Positions 1 through 12,600 of a stretch of 64,000 nt of DNA are shown piece after piece. The stretch spans positions 2,914,001 to 2,978,000 of the forward strand of contig OZ176055.1 in assembly GCA_964247055.1 (NCBI GenBank), read 5' to 3'. Below the pieces are notes generated by a model that saw only the letters and a list, made by a program, of their open reading frames with translations, made no database searches and was not told the DNA's origin. How positions within the stretch are numbered: the stretch's first letter is position 1; each line of letters begins with the position of its first letter. This DNA comes from Paragordius varius. Lineage: Eukaryota > Animalia > Nematomorpha. A program made the translations under genes and the position numbers.

Positions 1-544
1 TTTTTTAATTATAGGCAAAAATGCAACGCACTTACTTATGTGAGATATATCTGAATCAAATATGGACATTTTCTTGACAATAAATTTTAATTGAGTGTTA
101 AAATATCAGTGTAGCATAGATTTTTTTCAAAAATGAGAACAAGGATATGCAAATAAGGCAACATTTATAAATGACTTAATTGATAGGTAGTATCATATAT
201 AATTTTCCAGTATTTGAATACAATGGTTATAACTATATCGCAATTCTTATAAAAAAAGATTTTACTCTGGTTAGAGAAATCAATTTCATCAAAATTTATT
301 ATCTCGTTTAGTTATATACATGATAATAATGATATAAGAAAATAAAATCAAGTAATCATCAAATGTAAACATTTTATTGAAAATGCATGTTTTTGGTATT
401 ACAAATTTCACTAGTGCCAAATTTAACATATATTAAATAGTATTAATATCGTCGTGATTCTTGATTTGCTTTTGTGCAGATATATTTTTTTGGTAATATA
501 TATAAAAATAAGTTGGTAATTTTGAGTGCGACTGTTATTATATC

Positions 545-1954
545 TTATTTCCGGTATCCCAAACTTCCAGCAACATCGGCACTTTTAACGCTATCAAAAG
601 CTGCGTTTGTTCGAGAATAAATTTTGGGGTCATCTGGGTCAAGTTCTATGACTTTTTGCAATCCCTTTGACATTTGGTCGGAGAGAGCCTTGTTTTGAAG
701 GTGGGCCACCATTTTAGGTTGAAACTTTTGATCCTTAGATTTTTGCCAATCCAAGCCTCCAATTCCCCCAATACCGCCTAGCCCTCCAAGTCCTCCTATA
801 GCATTCCCAATCACATTGTCTCGGTTTGAGCAACAATCATCTTTTTTCTTGACAATCTTAATTATGTCTACACGGGCCCGGGTAGAATCTGTGGTGGAAC
901 TCCTAAAATTAAGAAATTTAACATTTAAAATATTTTATGTTATAACGTGCTGGTATAGTAAAATTACGGTTTATTTTAAATGATAATCTATTTTAATGGG
1001 AAATTATTATCACATATTTATATATATATATATATATAATTAGTATTTTTTAGTTATATAAGATATAAATAGATAGGATTATACTTCAAACTTAGGAGCT
1101 CACTAAAAAATAGTTAAAAATATAATAGTTTCTAAAAAAAATTTCAATATTTAAAAATATAAGAATTTGTAATAAAAATTCCAATTGCATATAAAAATTA
1201 AGCAACAAGACACTCACGTAGTGGTGGAAGACGTTGTATCCTTAATATATTTTCCAAATTTATAGCTTGGGATGACTTTGAAGGGGTTTTTCTTGCCTCC
1301 ACCGTAGCCTCCTCCACCAAAGCCACCAATTCCCCCGCCAATTCCACCTCCAAAACCGCCTCCATACCCTCCGCCAATCCCACCGCTAGGTTTTTTGGGA
1401 GGAGGGGGTGGCGGTTTCTTTTGTGGTTGTTGTTGATGACCGCCCCAATTTTGTTGTTGCCAATTGTTGGGTATGAGGTAGGGATTGACTGGGGTACAAC
1501 TTATTTCGATCAAAAAATGTGCAATCTATAATATATAATATATATATATATATATATACAAATGAATAATATGTATTGTATCGATAAATAGACAGTTTAG
1601 AGTCACTTTTATCCTTTTTCTATAAAGGGTTAGTACTTAAGTGGCACTAGGACTTGTAAAAGCTTTAACAATCGTCTGCCCAGGACTGACAGTTATAATG
1701 GAAAATTGCGTTAAACTCTGGTACACCGCACAGTGTAAGAGTTCGGCGCACTACCTACTCACCATTCATTAAATGAATTATGTAATATTTTTTGTTTATG
1801 ATACCACTAAAGGTATTTAGGATAAAAAATAAAGAATTTAAACAAATTAACCCCTAAAAATAAGAGATAAGCGGTTAATAAAAAAATCAAATTTTTGATA
1901 TTATTTTATTACCACGCATATAGAAGCGAATAGGATAAATCTTAATCGATCCAT
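545..1954 (-). CDS. Secreted Gly/Pro/Gln-rich protein A (~235 aa), 3 exons: 1954-1913, 1525-1218, 902-545
   Basis: Exon 1 MDRLRFILFASICV|gtaata joins in phase 0 to tag|IAHFLIEISCTP, forming a signal peptide. Exon 2 is Q/P/G-rich and ends AC|gtgagt (phase 2). Exon 3 starts tag|G and continues SSTTDSTRARVDIIKIVKKKDDCC...GYRK*. All phases match, and the structure mirrors gene B. Confidence 0.78.
1599..1768 (-). mobile_element. tRNA-derived SINE copy (intron 1 of gene A)
   Basis: Alignable by eye with copies at 10405-10571 and 45601-45781 (shared ggcttTAACA..GCCCAGG.CTGACAG and gagt.cggcgc.ctacctact blocks). Confidence 0.6.
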
Positions 1955-3611
1955 TGTTGATTTAATGTATTTGTTGGTGGATAAAACAAAATTAAATGGA
2001 GATTTATTTTAAAGTATTTTTTTCACAAGAGAAAATTTAAATTTAATGAGGAATGACTCTTGTGATTTGCTTTTATAGCAAGGAAAAAGTTGCAATTTAT
2101 TTGTTGCAATTATTTTTCTTAATTAACAATTTATAGTGTTGATTAAAATAATACACCTACAATTATACATTCTTAAGGAAAATGGTTACATTTTTGTAAT
2201 CATATCATATCGAAATATATAACTAGGTAAATGAATTAAGAAAAAATAGGGTTTATGGTACTTGTGTATGTACCCACTTGTAACACTCTCGCAAAAAAAG
2301 ACGCCGTACTCTCTATATATATATAAGGAAATTAATATATAATGGTAAACGGAAAAACATTACATATTTAATTAACGAAACCGGGAACTGACTGACTATA
2401 ATTTTTTTTCTCCTACGTTAAATGAAAAAAAAAACACAATCACAAGTAATATAATTTTTATTTTCACTTTTTTGCTGATTTGATCATGCAGGTACAAGAT
2501 GGTACATATATTGTTTTCAATACCGCCCCATAATTTAAACATATTATTTTCCTATATTGTTGATATCACATATATATAATGATAAAAGGAAAAACTTGAA
2601 TAAAATCTTCTTCCTGGTATGATAATTTAAAAAAAACTTAATATTTGTAAAATATATTATGAAATAATCAATTTCTTCTTTCCTTCCTTCCCTTTCCTAC
2701 CTACTTACACATAATGTTTGGGGGAATAAGGCAAAATGGTACATAATGGTACAACATAAATGTCGATTAATTAACAAACAACTAAACTCGATTTGCAATT
2801 GAGATGAGTGTTATATGGTACCATCTTACAGCCGCCCATTTTTTATCAATCAACGTTTCCATTACACCCTATACCCCATTTTAGGGTAATTAATATAGAG
2901 TGGGAAGATAGAGTTGTACCTGGCAGTTATACTAATGTCACCAGTTGACACGGACATAAAATTTAGTTAGGATTTGCTTACCCTACTCCTATGAAGAGTG
3001 CTAATTTGTACAATTTAAACAATCTTACAATGTCTCTCCCTTCATTCGTACCAGAGAGAGAAAAGTAGGGGTTAGGATTTAAGATTAAAGACGAGATGAC
3101 CCCCTAAACATATATATGTATATATCATAGATTCGTTTATATAATTAGTATACAAAAATGAACTTTTTCCTTTTCCAATTCTCAAATATGTTTGCATAAA
3201 TTAATTTTATTATATTTTACTTACCCATGCAGTAATGACAGAGTAAATGTTAATATAATAATTTTATTTTTAATTGATTAATTAATATTGTTCAATAATA
3301 AATGTGTGTATAAAACACAATTTACCTAAACTTAAATCGCATCGCATATATCACATATATATAGATAGAACTTTACCTTAAAATCAATATAACAGATATA
3401 GTATAATTAAATAAATTAAAAAATATTTATCAATAAAAAACGAACGGTATAAAAGTCTCATCAAACTTTTAATAATTTATTTATCAATAATTATTAATTC
3501 ACTTCTCACATTTTTTTAATTCCTAATCTTCTTAATTCTACCTTTTTAAAATTATCCTTTCCATTTGGTGTTCTTTGAGTTGTCTTAAATCTAAAAACAA
3601 TTACACTGAAA

Positions 3612-4805
3612 ATGAATAAATCTTTTGTTGGATTATTCCTCATAGTTATGGTATATTATTATGTAATAAAATAAAGCATCGTTTAATACTAAACAGGTTT
3701 AAAATCATTCATATATTTTGGGTTAAATTTTTCACGTCTCTCCCAAACAATTTATTAGTTTCCAAATTAATTTTTTATTTTTTTAGTTTAATTTTATTTT
3801 TAAAAATAATCGAAAAAAACCGATTAAAATATATTTGATAGATTGCGGTTTGTGCAGCTTGGCCCAAACAACCAATCATTTCTAAAAAGATTGCGGCCCC
3901 TAAATACAGGTTCAAACAGTACATATTGGTCCCTAGTACAACTTATTCATCAACCACCTCTTCAACTTACTCGTAAGTATCCTTTGTTTATTAATATTAT
4001 AAAACTCAAAAAATATTTTTTGTTATCTGAAATTCTATAACTAAAAGTGTAATAATCAGTATTAAGTAATCACGATTAAAGATTTATTGTTTGAAAAAGA
4101 TAAAAAATTATAACTGAGTACAAGTGCATTCGATAACTAGGTTAATCTATTACTAATTCATTCTTATAAATTCCATAGATAGTAAAAAATTCAAACAATA
4201 TTTAATTAATTTTCTCTGATATAAAAATTGCTAAATATTTTAAATGGATATATTTGGCGAACGAAAATTTGTGTATTAGATTAAATATAATTTGGCATTT
4301 TATTTTTAGAATAATTGAAATAATTAATTTATAAAAATAATGAAATTCGTTAAAATTTGATTATATTTCGCCTTCGTTCCTCAAGACGTTTTTAAATATT
4401 TTTATTTTGTTGACAAATTTATAATTTTATATCGCACTAAAGCGCGCATTAATTCCCTAAAAAATTATTATGGTTTTTTTCGAAGGCAAGGAAAATATTT
4501 GATTTAAATACCGTATAAAATAATTTTATAACATCTGTTTTTTAAAACATAGAACGAAAGCTCCTATCCTCCTAAACATTATCCGCAAAGTTGTTAAAGA
4601 TGATTGTTGCGATGGAAACGGCGGTCCCAAGAACGGAGCTAAAACAGGGGACGAGACCGTTGTTTTCTTACAACAAAGAGTGAAGGCTGAATCAGCCGTT
4701 GATAACGGAAGAATCCGAAAGAATATTATCTTGGTTGAAGGGGATAATGGGAATGGTCGAGGCAAAAGTAGTGACAACAAAGATAAACTTTGGGGCAAAA
4801 AATAG
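3612..4805 (+). CDS. Secreted protein B (~140 aa), paralog of A, 3 exons: 3612-3650, 3842-3972, 4553-4805
   Basis: MNKSFVGLFLIVM|IAVCAAWPKQ is a signal peptide split by a phase-0 intron. Exon 2 ends ...PKYRFKQYILVPSTTYSSTTSSTY TC|gtaagt (phase 2). Exon 3 reads A+TKAPILLNIIRKVVKDDCC...WGKK*. Not in the ORF track because it is spliced. Confidence 0.78.
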
Positions 4806-6467
4806 AGATTATAAATTACCGAAATCTTTCAAAAACACCATATACTAGACACACCTTACAATTATATGGATATAAATTACCGCTAAATGTTTCATTGAAT
4901 GCAATATTGGTCTTATATATATATTATGCAAAATCATCCTTATTTTATAATGAGATTAATTTTATTTCATATTTGATATGTTGTTTCCGAAAAGTGTTGC
5001 ACTCATCATAATTATTCTATTTCTATAGCTTCAACCAAAGGTTTTTTTAAACTAAATAAACTAATAGTTATTTCATTCCATTACAATATTTAATGCACAA
5101 TCAAATATTTTTAAATAATAATTATGAGATATATTTATGGTTTTGAATTTTTCTGTATATAATATTATTAATAAATCCAAAATATAATAAATTATATAAC
5201 ATTTATGCTATGTGACGAAACTGAAAGATTATTATAATTACAAAACCCTATATTTAGAATTATTTTTTCTATATCCTTAGGAGGATCGAGGTTGCAAAAT
5301 GCTCAATAAGTTTTTAAAAACATACATATTAACTTATTTTTTATAATTAAAACGTTTATATAAAAATAGTCCTGATTCAAAATGGTGGTTAAAAACCCAG
5401 ATGATTATATTTCGGTAAATGAAATATCATGATTCTCAATTTTGGGACTTATAAAATTTTTGTTGCTCCAAATCGAAATCGCAAATCTAGCGAATATTAT
5501 ATTAATTTTTTGGTAAAGTATAATCCAATTTAGACCTTTTTGCTTGTAGGTGGCTATAAAATAAACTTTGAAAAACGAACAATTTTAATAAAAGAAAACT
5601 ATTTTTTTTTAAAAAACATGTACTTTACTTTATTTTGCATTCTTCATATAATTTTTTCTCTCTCATGGTACGCTTGGTGCCAAATCAATTGAGTTTTTCT
5701 GAATCCAAGTATGTTTATGGAGTTGTACCCGTTTTTTCCAAAAATGGTAAAGTAACATTGTTTAAAATTATACTGAAGTCCCGTCGAATAATTCCTAATC
5801 TACCCAATTACATCTATAAAACAAGAGTCAGGATTAAGTAATTAAACCTTTTGAGGTTGTTTAAATAATTTTACTCAGAAGTATGCGTTCTGATTGTAAA
5901 AGTTTAGCGTTCGTGATAACAGAGCCCTTTCTGAAACATATTTATCACCGGTTGAGCCATGTAATACGATTGGGACATAGTTGCGAGTTTAATACATTTA
6001 TTCAAACTGTTATGAATGTTTTTTGGCAAAATTGTAGTTTTCAAACAAATATGCCATTGGTTGTTGTAAAATGGCAGCAGAGATTTCTTTATTCTGGGTG
6101 AACTAACTGCTTGGGAATTCCTTATTACACATCATAAAATATTATTCTATGTTTCAAAATTATTGGCCTATATAGGACAAAATTAGCCTTATCCTCCTTG
6201 TCTGTGTAGATATTGGACATGCTCGTTGCAACATTTATATATTATTGCTAATGTTTTCCGTGATCCGATAACACCCAACAGCTTATTATTTTCACCATAG
6301 TTAATAATATTATGGCTTCTGCACAATAAATAAAATTGGTGCGGCGATGATTTAATTGGATACAACGTCCGGGAAAGATGTTAAGCGCTTGAAAATAATC
6401 TGCCAAATCTGAGTTATTATATTACTAAATCATTTATTTTATCAGAAATGTTTTCCACCCATTAAAC

Positions 6468-7827
6468 CAGTGGTACTCACCAAAAAAATTTTACGGGCCA
6501 AATAAAATTTATTTTTATTCGCGGGCAATGGCAAATATTCCATAGTTATGTGACACATATACACATATTTTTATTCTAATTCAGCACAATGAATTTTTGC
6601 GGATCGCATGTAAATCCAGCTAATAACTCTTTTCGCACCATTTAGTTTAAGAAAATTAAAATATTTTGATAATAATATTTACTTTGATAACCAATAATTT
6701 ACGAATTTGGATTCGCCTGATGACAGGCCAAATACGTCGTCAATATGATCATCGGTTAAGCGATTTTGTATCTATTCTTGACATACTTCATTTATGAAGT
6801 ATGCCGCCTCACATTTATAAGTTGGGGAAAAAGTTAGGATGAATTGATCAAATTGGAATCATTTTTAAATTTACGAATTTTTCAATGATATGCTCCTGAT
6901 CAAAACCGAAATTCTCAAGTAGCTTAATAATGGATATATCCATAAGCCATAGATTTTAAACGAGTTTTAAGCAATTTTAATATTTTTTTATTCTTGAAAT
7001 CTGAATTTCACCTCATTAAATAAAAATGATAAATAATTGTCTATTATTAAATTAATCTCCGCAGTAAGTTCCATATTTTTTTAAATGTTGGAAATATCTA
7101 GGAGAAAGCTATGGACATAATAGATTTTTCTTTCTAGTATAATTCCTTATTTTTATATTTTTCGTTTCTCATGATTTTCTGGTGATGGATCGTAAAATGT
7201 CTTACAATATTGTATTTTTAATAAATATGTTGTCCTTACATATATAGCAGGTAACAACATTTTATTTTAAAACAACAAAGAATTTTTCTTCCATTCTTTT
7301 TTAAAGAAGGGATTTCATCGGATAATTTGTTAGCATTAGATGTCATCCTTTGAATTTATGTTTAAATATTATGTAAATTTAAAAAAAAAATAGGAATATA
7401 ATTTTAATTATGCTATAAAAAACAGGTCGAAATTCGATGATGTTCTTTTGAAAAGTATTTTATGGGAATGAGTTATAAAAAAATGATGCAAGATAGCAAT
7501 GAAATTATGTATATGCAATTTTGGGTGAAAGGCTTGCTTAAATAAAAAAAGGAATGCAATTTCAAAATAGAAAAGAAAATATAATACAGAAACAGAAACA
7601 ACGTGTGCCAAAATTTTGAAATCATTTTAATGAAGGGAAATTTTTCTACATTTAAATTGGGTAAAAAATAAAAATTACCAAAATTAAATCTAAAGAAATA
7701 AATTGATATTAAAATAAGCGAAAATTCGTTTAATTTTAAAATTCATCAATAAAAAAATAATTTAAGTATCAATATGGTCATAGGGCAATTTTAAAGCACT
7801 CTTAGGGCCGAGGTTTGAGTACCACTG
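6468..7827 (-). mobile_element. Internally deleted hAT (Buster/Charlie/SPIN-like) DNA transposon with decayed transposase C-terminus
   Basis: TIRs CAGTGGTACTCA / TGAGTACCACTG; 8-bp TSD cattaaac/cattcaac. Minus-strand remnants read FLLDISNI and LTFSPTYKCEAAY..MKYVKNRYK..LTDDHI (hAT dimerisation domain) with stops and frameshifts. Confidence 0.85.
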
Positions 7828-8559
7828 CATTCAACTATGGATATTATGTTTTAGTCTCCATTTTTTCCCCAGTTTCTTAGTTGAACCCTTAATTTGCTTT
7901 TCTTGACATTATTGTGTAGCTTTGTGTGCATTTTTATACTTCGAATTTATTTTTTTTATAAACCAGCCATCGGTATCGGCTTTGAAATCTTGTGAAAATC
8001 CCCATTTTTTATAATATTTTTTCACATCGCTCGACTAAGGTATTAAGCTTATGTAACTATTTTTGGAAAAAATTTGTATTTCATTGCAATAAATATTATA
8101 TTGATTAGGCTGAATTAGTAGGTTTTTATAATAACATCATCAAAATAATATACAAATCTATTAATAAATTGTTAACAAATCATTTAAGTTCATATTTCTT
8201 TTTGATTAATTTGAGGTTAGATTCAAACGAAAATATATTAATAAATAAATTTATTAATTTTGATGATGAATATTATATTGCCAAGAAATTTAGGATTTGT
8301 TTTTAAATCTTATATTGTGGATGCAAAATAAGGTCCCCTATCAGTTTCAAGATATTAGAAATATTATTATTTTTCAATATTGGATTTGTTTTTAGACCCA
8401 CTATCTTATGTTGCAAATAGAGGGCCGGTATTTAACGCTAGTAATTGAATGTGATCTTCTGTAGTCAGTATCATTGTGGCATTTGGATTATATGTAAAAT
8501 ATTGTCAGATTACTTATTTAAATATTTTTAAAATTATTAGGGTAAGCGAACCTTAATAA

Positions 8560-9050
8560 CCTTTCACCAGTAGAGGATTCATTCCAACTTCATAGCGTTG
8601 GTCAATAGCTTTACCGATATGACTGATTCAATCTCCAGGAAATTCCATTTCCAATGGATTGGGGCTAATTAATTGAATAAGATTTTTTTAGAGATCATAC
8701 ATATATCAACTTCAGCTACAACAATCCAAAATTACTTCATGATATATAAATTCATTGATTGGAAAAAAAAGTTATGATAGTATGGCGGTAAAAAATTCCA
8801 TTTTAGGAACTCATGATTAAAAAATGCATTATCCTGTGGATTCAAATAACAACGCATCAGGCGTTTTTTGCTTCTACAATTTTAGTTTATCCAAATAAGA
8901 AATTAATGTACAAATTTATAAAATCCCTTGTAATGTGGAAAGTAAAATCATGCACATATACTCCGTTTATGCGCTTCAACTAGGCAATAAGATTAAAAAA
9001 AATCATATTGGGATTATTTTCACCAATCAATTAGTCCCTTCCAATGAGAA
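8560..9050 (+). pseudogene. Possible decayed Penelope-like retroelement fragment (RT C-terminus and GIY-YIG start)
   Basis: Interrupted frames give EIPF, TYINFSYNNP and QIYKIPC, resembling the PLE motifs LPFLD, RYLNFxSxHP and VYKIPC. Heavily degraded. Confidence 0.3.
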
Positions 9051-9392
9051 CTTACTATATACAGTTAATATTATAAAAAGAGGGTCCTTTTAAATACACC
9101 CAGTAAATAGCTCAAAGGATAACTTTAAATTATGTAATATTCTATTCTAAACAAATTATGATTTACTTAAACGTGAGCCCTTGTTGATTAATCTGAAAAA
9201 AATTGTTAAATATGGTCCCTATTTATCGATATGGATACACATCCCGTATCAATCCAAAAAATGCGTGTGTTGACAAAACCAAATATGTTTTTTTCTTCAA
9301 TAACTAACGATAAAGATGAGATTTTAAAACTAAAAATAAAGTCGTTTCATTACTTAGCCTTTTCCATACGTAACGTATAATCATTTACTAAT

Positions 9393-9428
<36 letters not shown>

Positions 9429-9612
9429 GATGAACGGGCGTGGTTGCCAAGAGATTAGGGCGGATGATTTATGTTTTATGCATATGAGTTACGATTCTCG
9501 TAACTCTACGATTTAACATGCATGCCTGATCAGCAAGTCAAGAGTGAAAAACTAATTTAAGCCCTTAAGAAATAAATAAAAAAACTACAAAATATATATA
9601 TATTCCATTTAT

Positions 9613-12600
9613 TTATGTCGTAAAAAATTTATCAATCATTTCTAGCGTTTCGTGTGCATCTACCCGAACAGAAGAAATGGATGATTCAATGCTTAGGGGA
9701 GAATACATGGATGCCATATCCTTAGCACATCTCTCATTACGACCAAGTAAAGAGGTCAGTCTACCCAAAACTTGCGTCGCATATAATTGACAATCTATTT
9801 CATCGTTTTGACTTGCTTGTAAGTCATTTAGGAATGCAATGCGTTTATCTCGTGTGTTAGTGGATTCGTCCATATTAAATATTTGATTAATATTTTGAGG
9901 AGTGGGAATCATTTCTAGATCAATAGTGCCTAAATTTGGTTTATCCATTTGGAGATCGGATGCTAAACAATCAACAACCACATTGGCCACATCTATCAAT
10001 ATAGTAGCATAACGGGGATCATTGACAAATTTTAGGAGGAATGTTTGAAAGTTCTCCATTATACGCTGTCTCTCAGTTTTAAATGTGTTTTTACTCTCCT
10101 TCTTGGAATCATATATTTCTATTATAATGTTTAATTACCAAGAAAAAATATTTAAAATTAAATATATACAATTTATAGTTTCTTTTTTTTTAATTAAGAC
10201 AAGGGCTTAAATATCATAACATGTGAAAACTATAAAACTCGCCTGCTCAACAGTAATGATGGAGAGATTTAGTAATTTTGGGATTAGAACTCTAACCTTC
10301 AACACATATAGTGTGAGAGTCAGGCGCCCTACCTATTATACCCTCCCACCTACCAAAAAAGATAATATATATATAGAAAAATTAAAAAAAAAACATTCAT
10401 TTTAAAGTCTCTTTTTTCCTTTTTTATTAAAGGGTAATTAAATTGTATCCGGACTTGTGAAGGCTTTAACACTAGCCTGCCCAGGGCTGACAGTGATAAT
10501 GAAATGCGTAGTTCCGGGCTTCGACCTCAGAAACGCATGGGAGAGTCCGGCGCCTACCTACTATACCATCAAGCCTCTATATAAGAATAATTAAGCAGAA
10601 AATTTAAGTTTCAAAATCAAATTACCATTTTCATGTTCCATATAGTGATCATCCGCCATAGGATTTGATGTGTATAAATTGCACCATCGCCCAGTTAAAA
10701 CAGTTCGCAATTTATTGTGTCGTATAAGTTCACGGAAAAAACTTACCGTAATCTATGCACAAAGGCATACATGCAATATAAAATACATAAGGAAATCAAA
10801 AATTATATAACTAATGTGATAAAAATGTTTACTTGTGGATGCTTAATATTGCGTTCATATTTGCTAAATACTTTATCGAATGCTGCATTGAAATCATATT
10901 TCCGTAAAAATCGATCAAAATCTTCGACAGATGGTCCAGGTAGCCCCTTTTTTCGCTTTGGGTCCAAATTGATTGTCATATTATCCTAGAGGATTTGGTT
11001 ATTACATATACTTAAATAAATTTTTAAACAAACATTAAACATATATATTATGTGGCTTCTTACCTCAAGGAGAAAAACATTCGTTTCATCATTGACCTCG
11101 GCACCACTTATTAAACCAATTTCAAAATTGTTTCTGTCATTATTAAAACTGGGTTGAGTTTGCGACAACAAGGCATTATCTTTATCTATCAAAGTTGATG
11201 GCACATTGGAATCTTGATTTTCAAAATAACGTGTTAATCCCCCGTTAAATATGGGCGTTGGATTTGTGTTATGTAAGAGTTTTTGGGTCGATAACTCCAT
11301 TTTACGGCGTTTAGTTTGGGATGGTTCTTCGCTACGTTTTTGTGATATAGAGAGTAATCCTTCCGTCATTCCGACACAAATGTGCTCATCGTTTGGCTAA
11401 AAGTGTAATAAAATTTAAACTTAAACGCTACTTTTCTGAAATTATCACATTAAAAAATAATTGTCCTAACTATACTATTTATAGTTTCAATTCACCCTTG
11501 AACAATTCAAATTCACCCTAAAATAAATTATGTGTTTTTCAAGATTAAAAATTACCTATATTTTTTTATATTTTTAAAAAAATGTGATGTTTATTATTAA
11601 TATAATATTGAAAAAATAATAAACTATGCCATAAGAATATATTTATGATTAATGATGAATTACACTGGACAACAATTTTTTCTGCCACTCGAGTTTTTTA
11701 CATTTTTTGATATTTAGTATCATTCTAACAGTAAATCCGAAATAAAAATTATAACCCGATGGAAGAATTTTGTATAATTTTATTTTTTTGATTATGTTAT
11801 CAAAATTTTACTAAAAAATGTTTTTCTTTGAAAATATACAAGTAATGTCCATTTGTAATATATCATTCGAAAGAGTAATAAAAACTCTTTAAAATGCATA
11901 CTAAGTATTACATCGACAGTTAATATTGGACACAAAGAGCGACAAACGCGCGAAGCGAGAGCATTTTTTTTAATTATTATATTTTTAAAACTAATGGATG
12001 AAAATAGCTCAAACTTTGTTTAGATGGTGATGAATTTCCAAAAAAGATAATACAAGAAAGTTTTTATGATTAAAACATTTTTTTATTGCTTTTATGTTAC
12101 TCAAAACAGCCATTTTTAAGTTTTTTGTTTTTTAAAAATTACCATCTCATCAATATTTATTTATTTTCTTTACGAGGCTGATAATTTCGAAATTTTAAAG
12201 ATAAAAACAAAGTTTAAGGTATTTTTGATCTTTTATAGCCATTATGTAATAAATTTACAGTTATAACTATGCATTTTAGTATCTACTAGGTAAAATATTT
12301 ATGATGATAATAATTTTTATTAAAAAAATAACCAAAAGCTTTTTCAAACATTTTTTTTAAATTAAATACTAATATAACCCTAATAATTATATTAAAATAA
12401 TTTATATGATTTTCAAATTAGTTTGTCTGTAAAAATTTTTGACTTATTTAAGGATTGAAAATTTCGACCATTTAATTCCAAATAACTTTTACATCCGATT
12501 GATCTAAGTGACTTACTACCATTTAAAAGATGCAGTTTTTTGAGCTCTTTCGAATGATATAAAATACATGGCTTAATATTTAAAACTTTTTTTCTAAATT

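Noticed and set aside
3219-3260. Strong minus-strand donor (G|GTAAGT) as exon 1 of gene A
   Set aside because: There is no in-phase ATG before an upstream stop; 1954-1913 gives a proper signal peptide in the right phase.
4526-4798. 90-aa minus-strand ORF
   Set aside because: It is antisense to exon 3 of gene B, whose plus frame carries the shared KDDCC motif.
5600-6460. GC-richer, coding-looking sequence flanking the hAT insertion
   Set aside because: All frames have stops and I found no motif I could assign; probably an old TE remnant.
9613-11369. ORFs 9613-10059 and 10986-11369 as stand-alone orphan genes
   Set aside because: They are exons 12 and 9 of UTP15.
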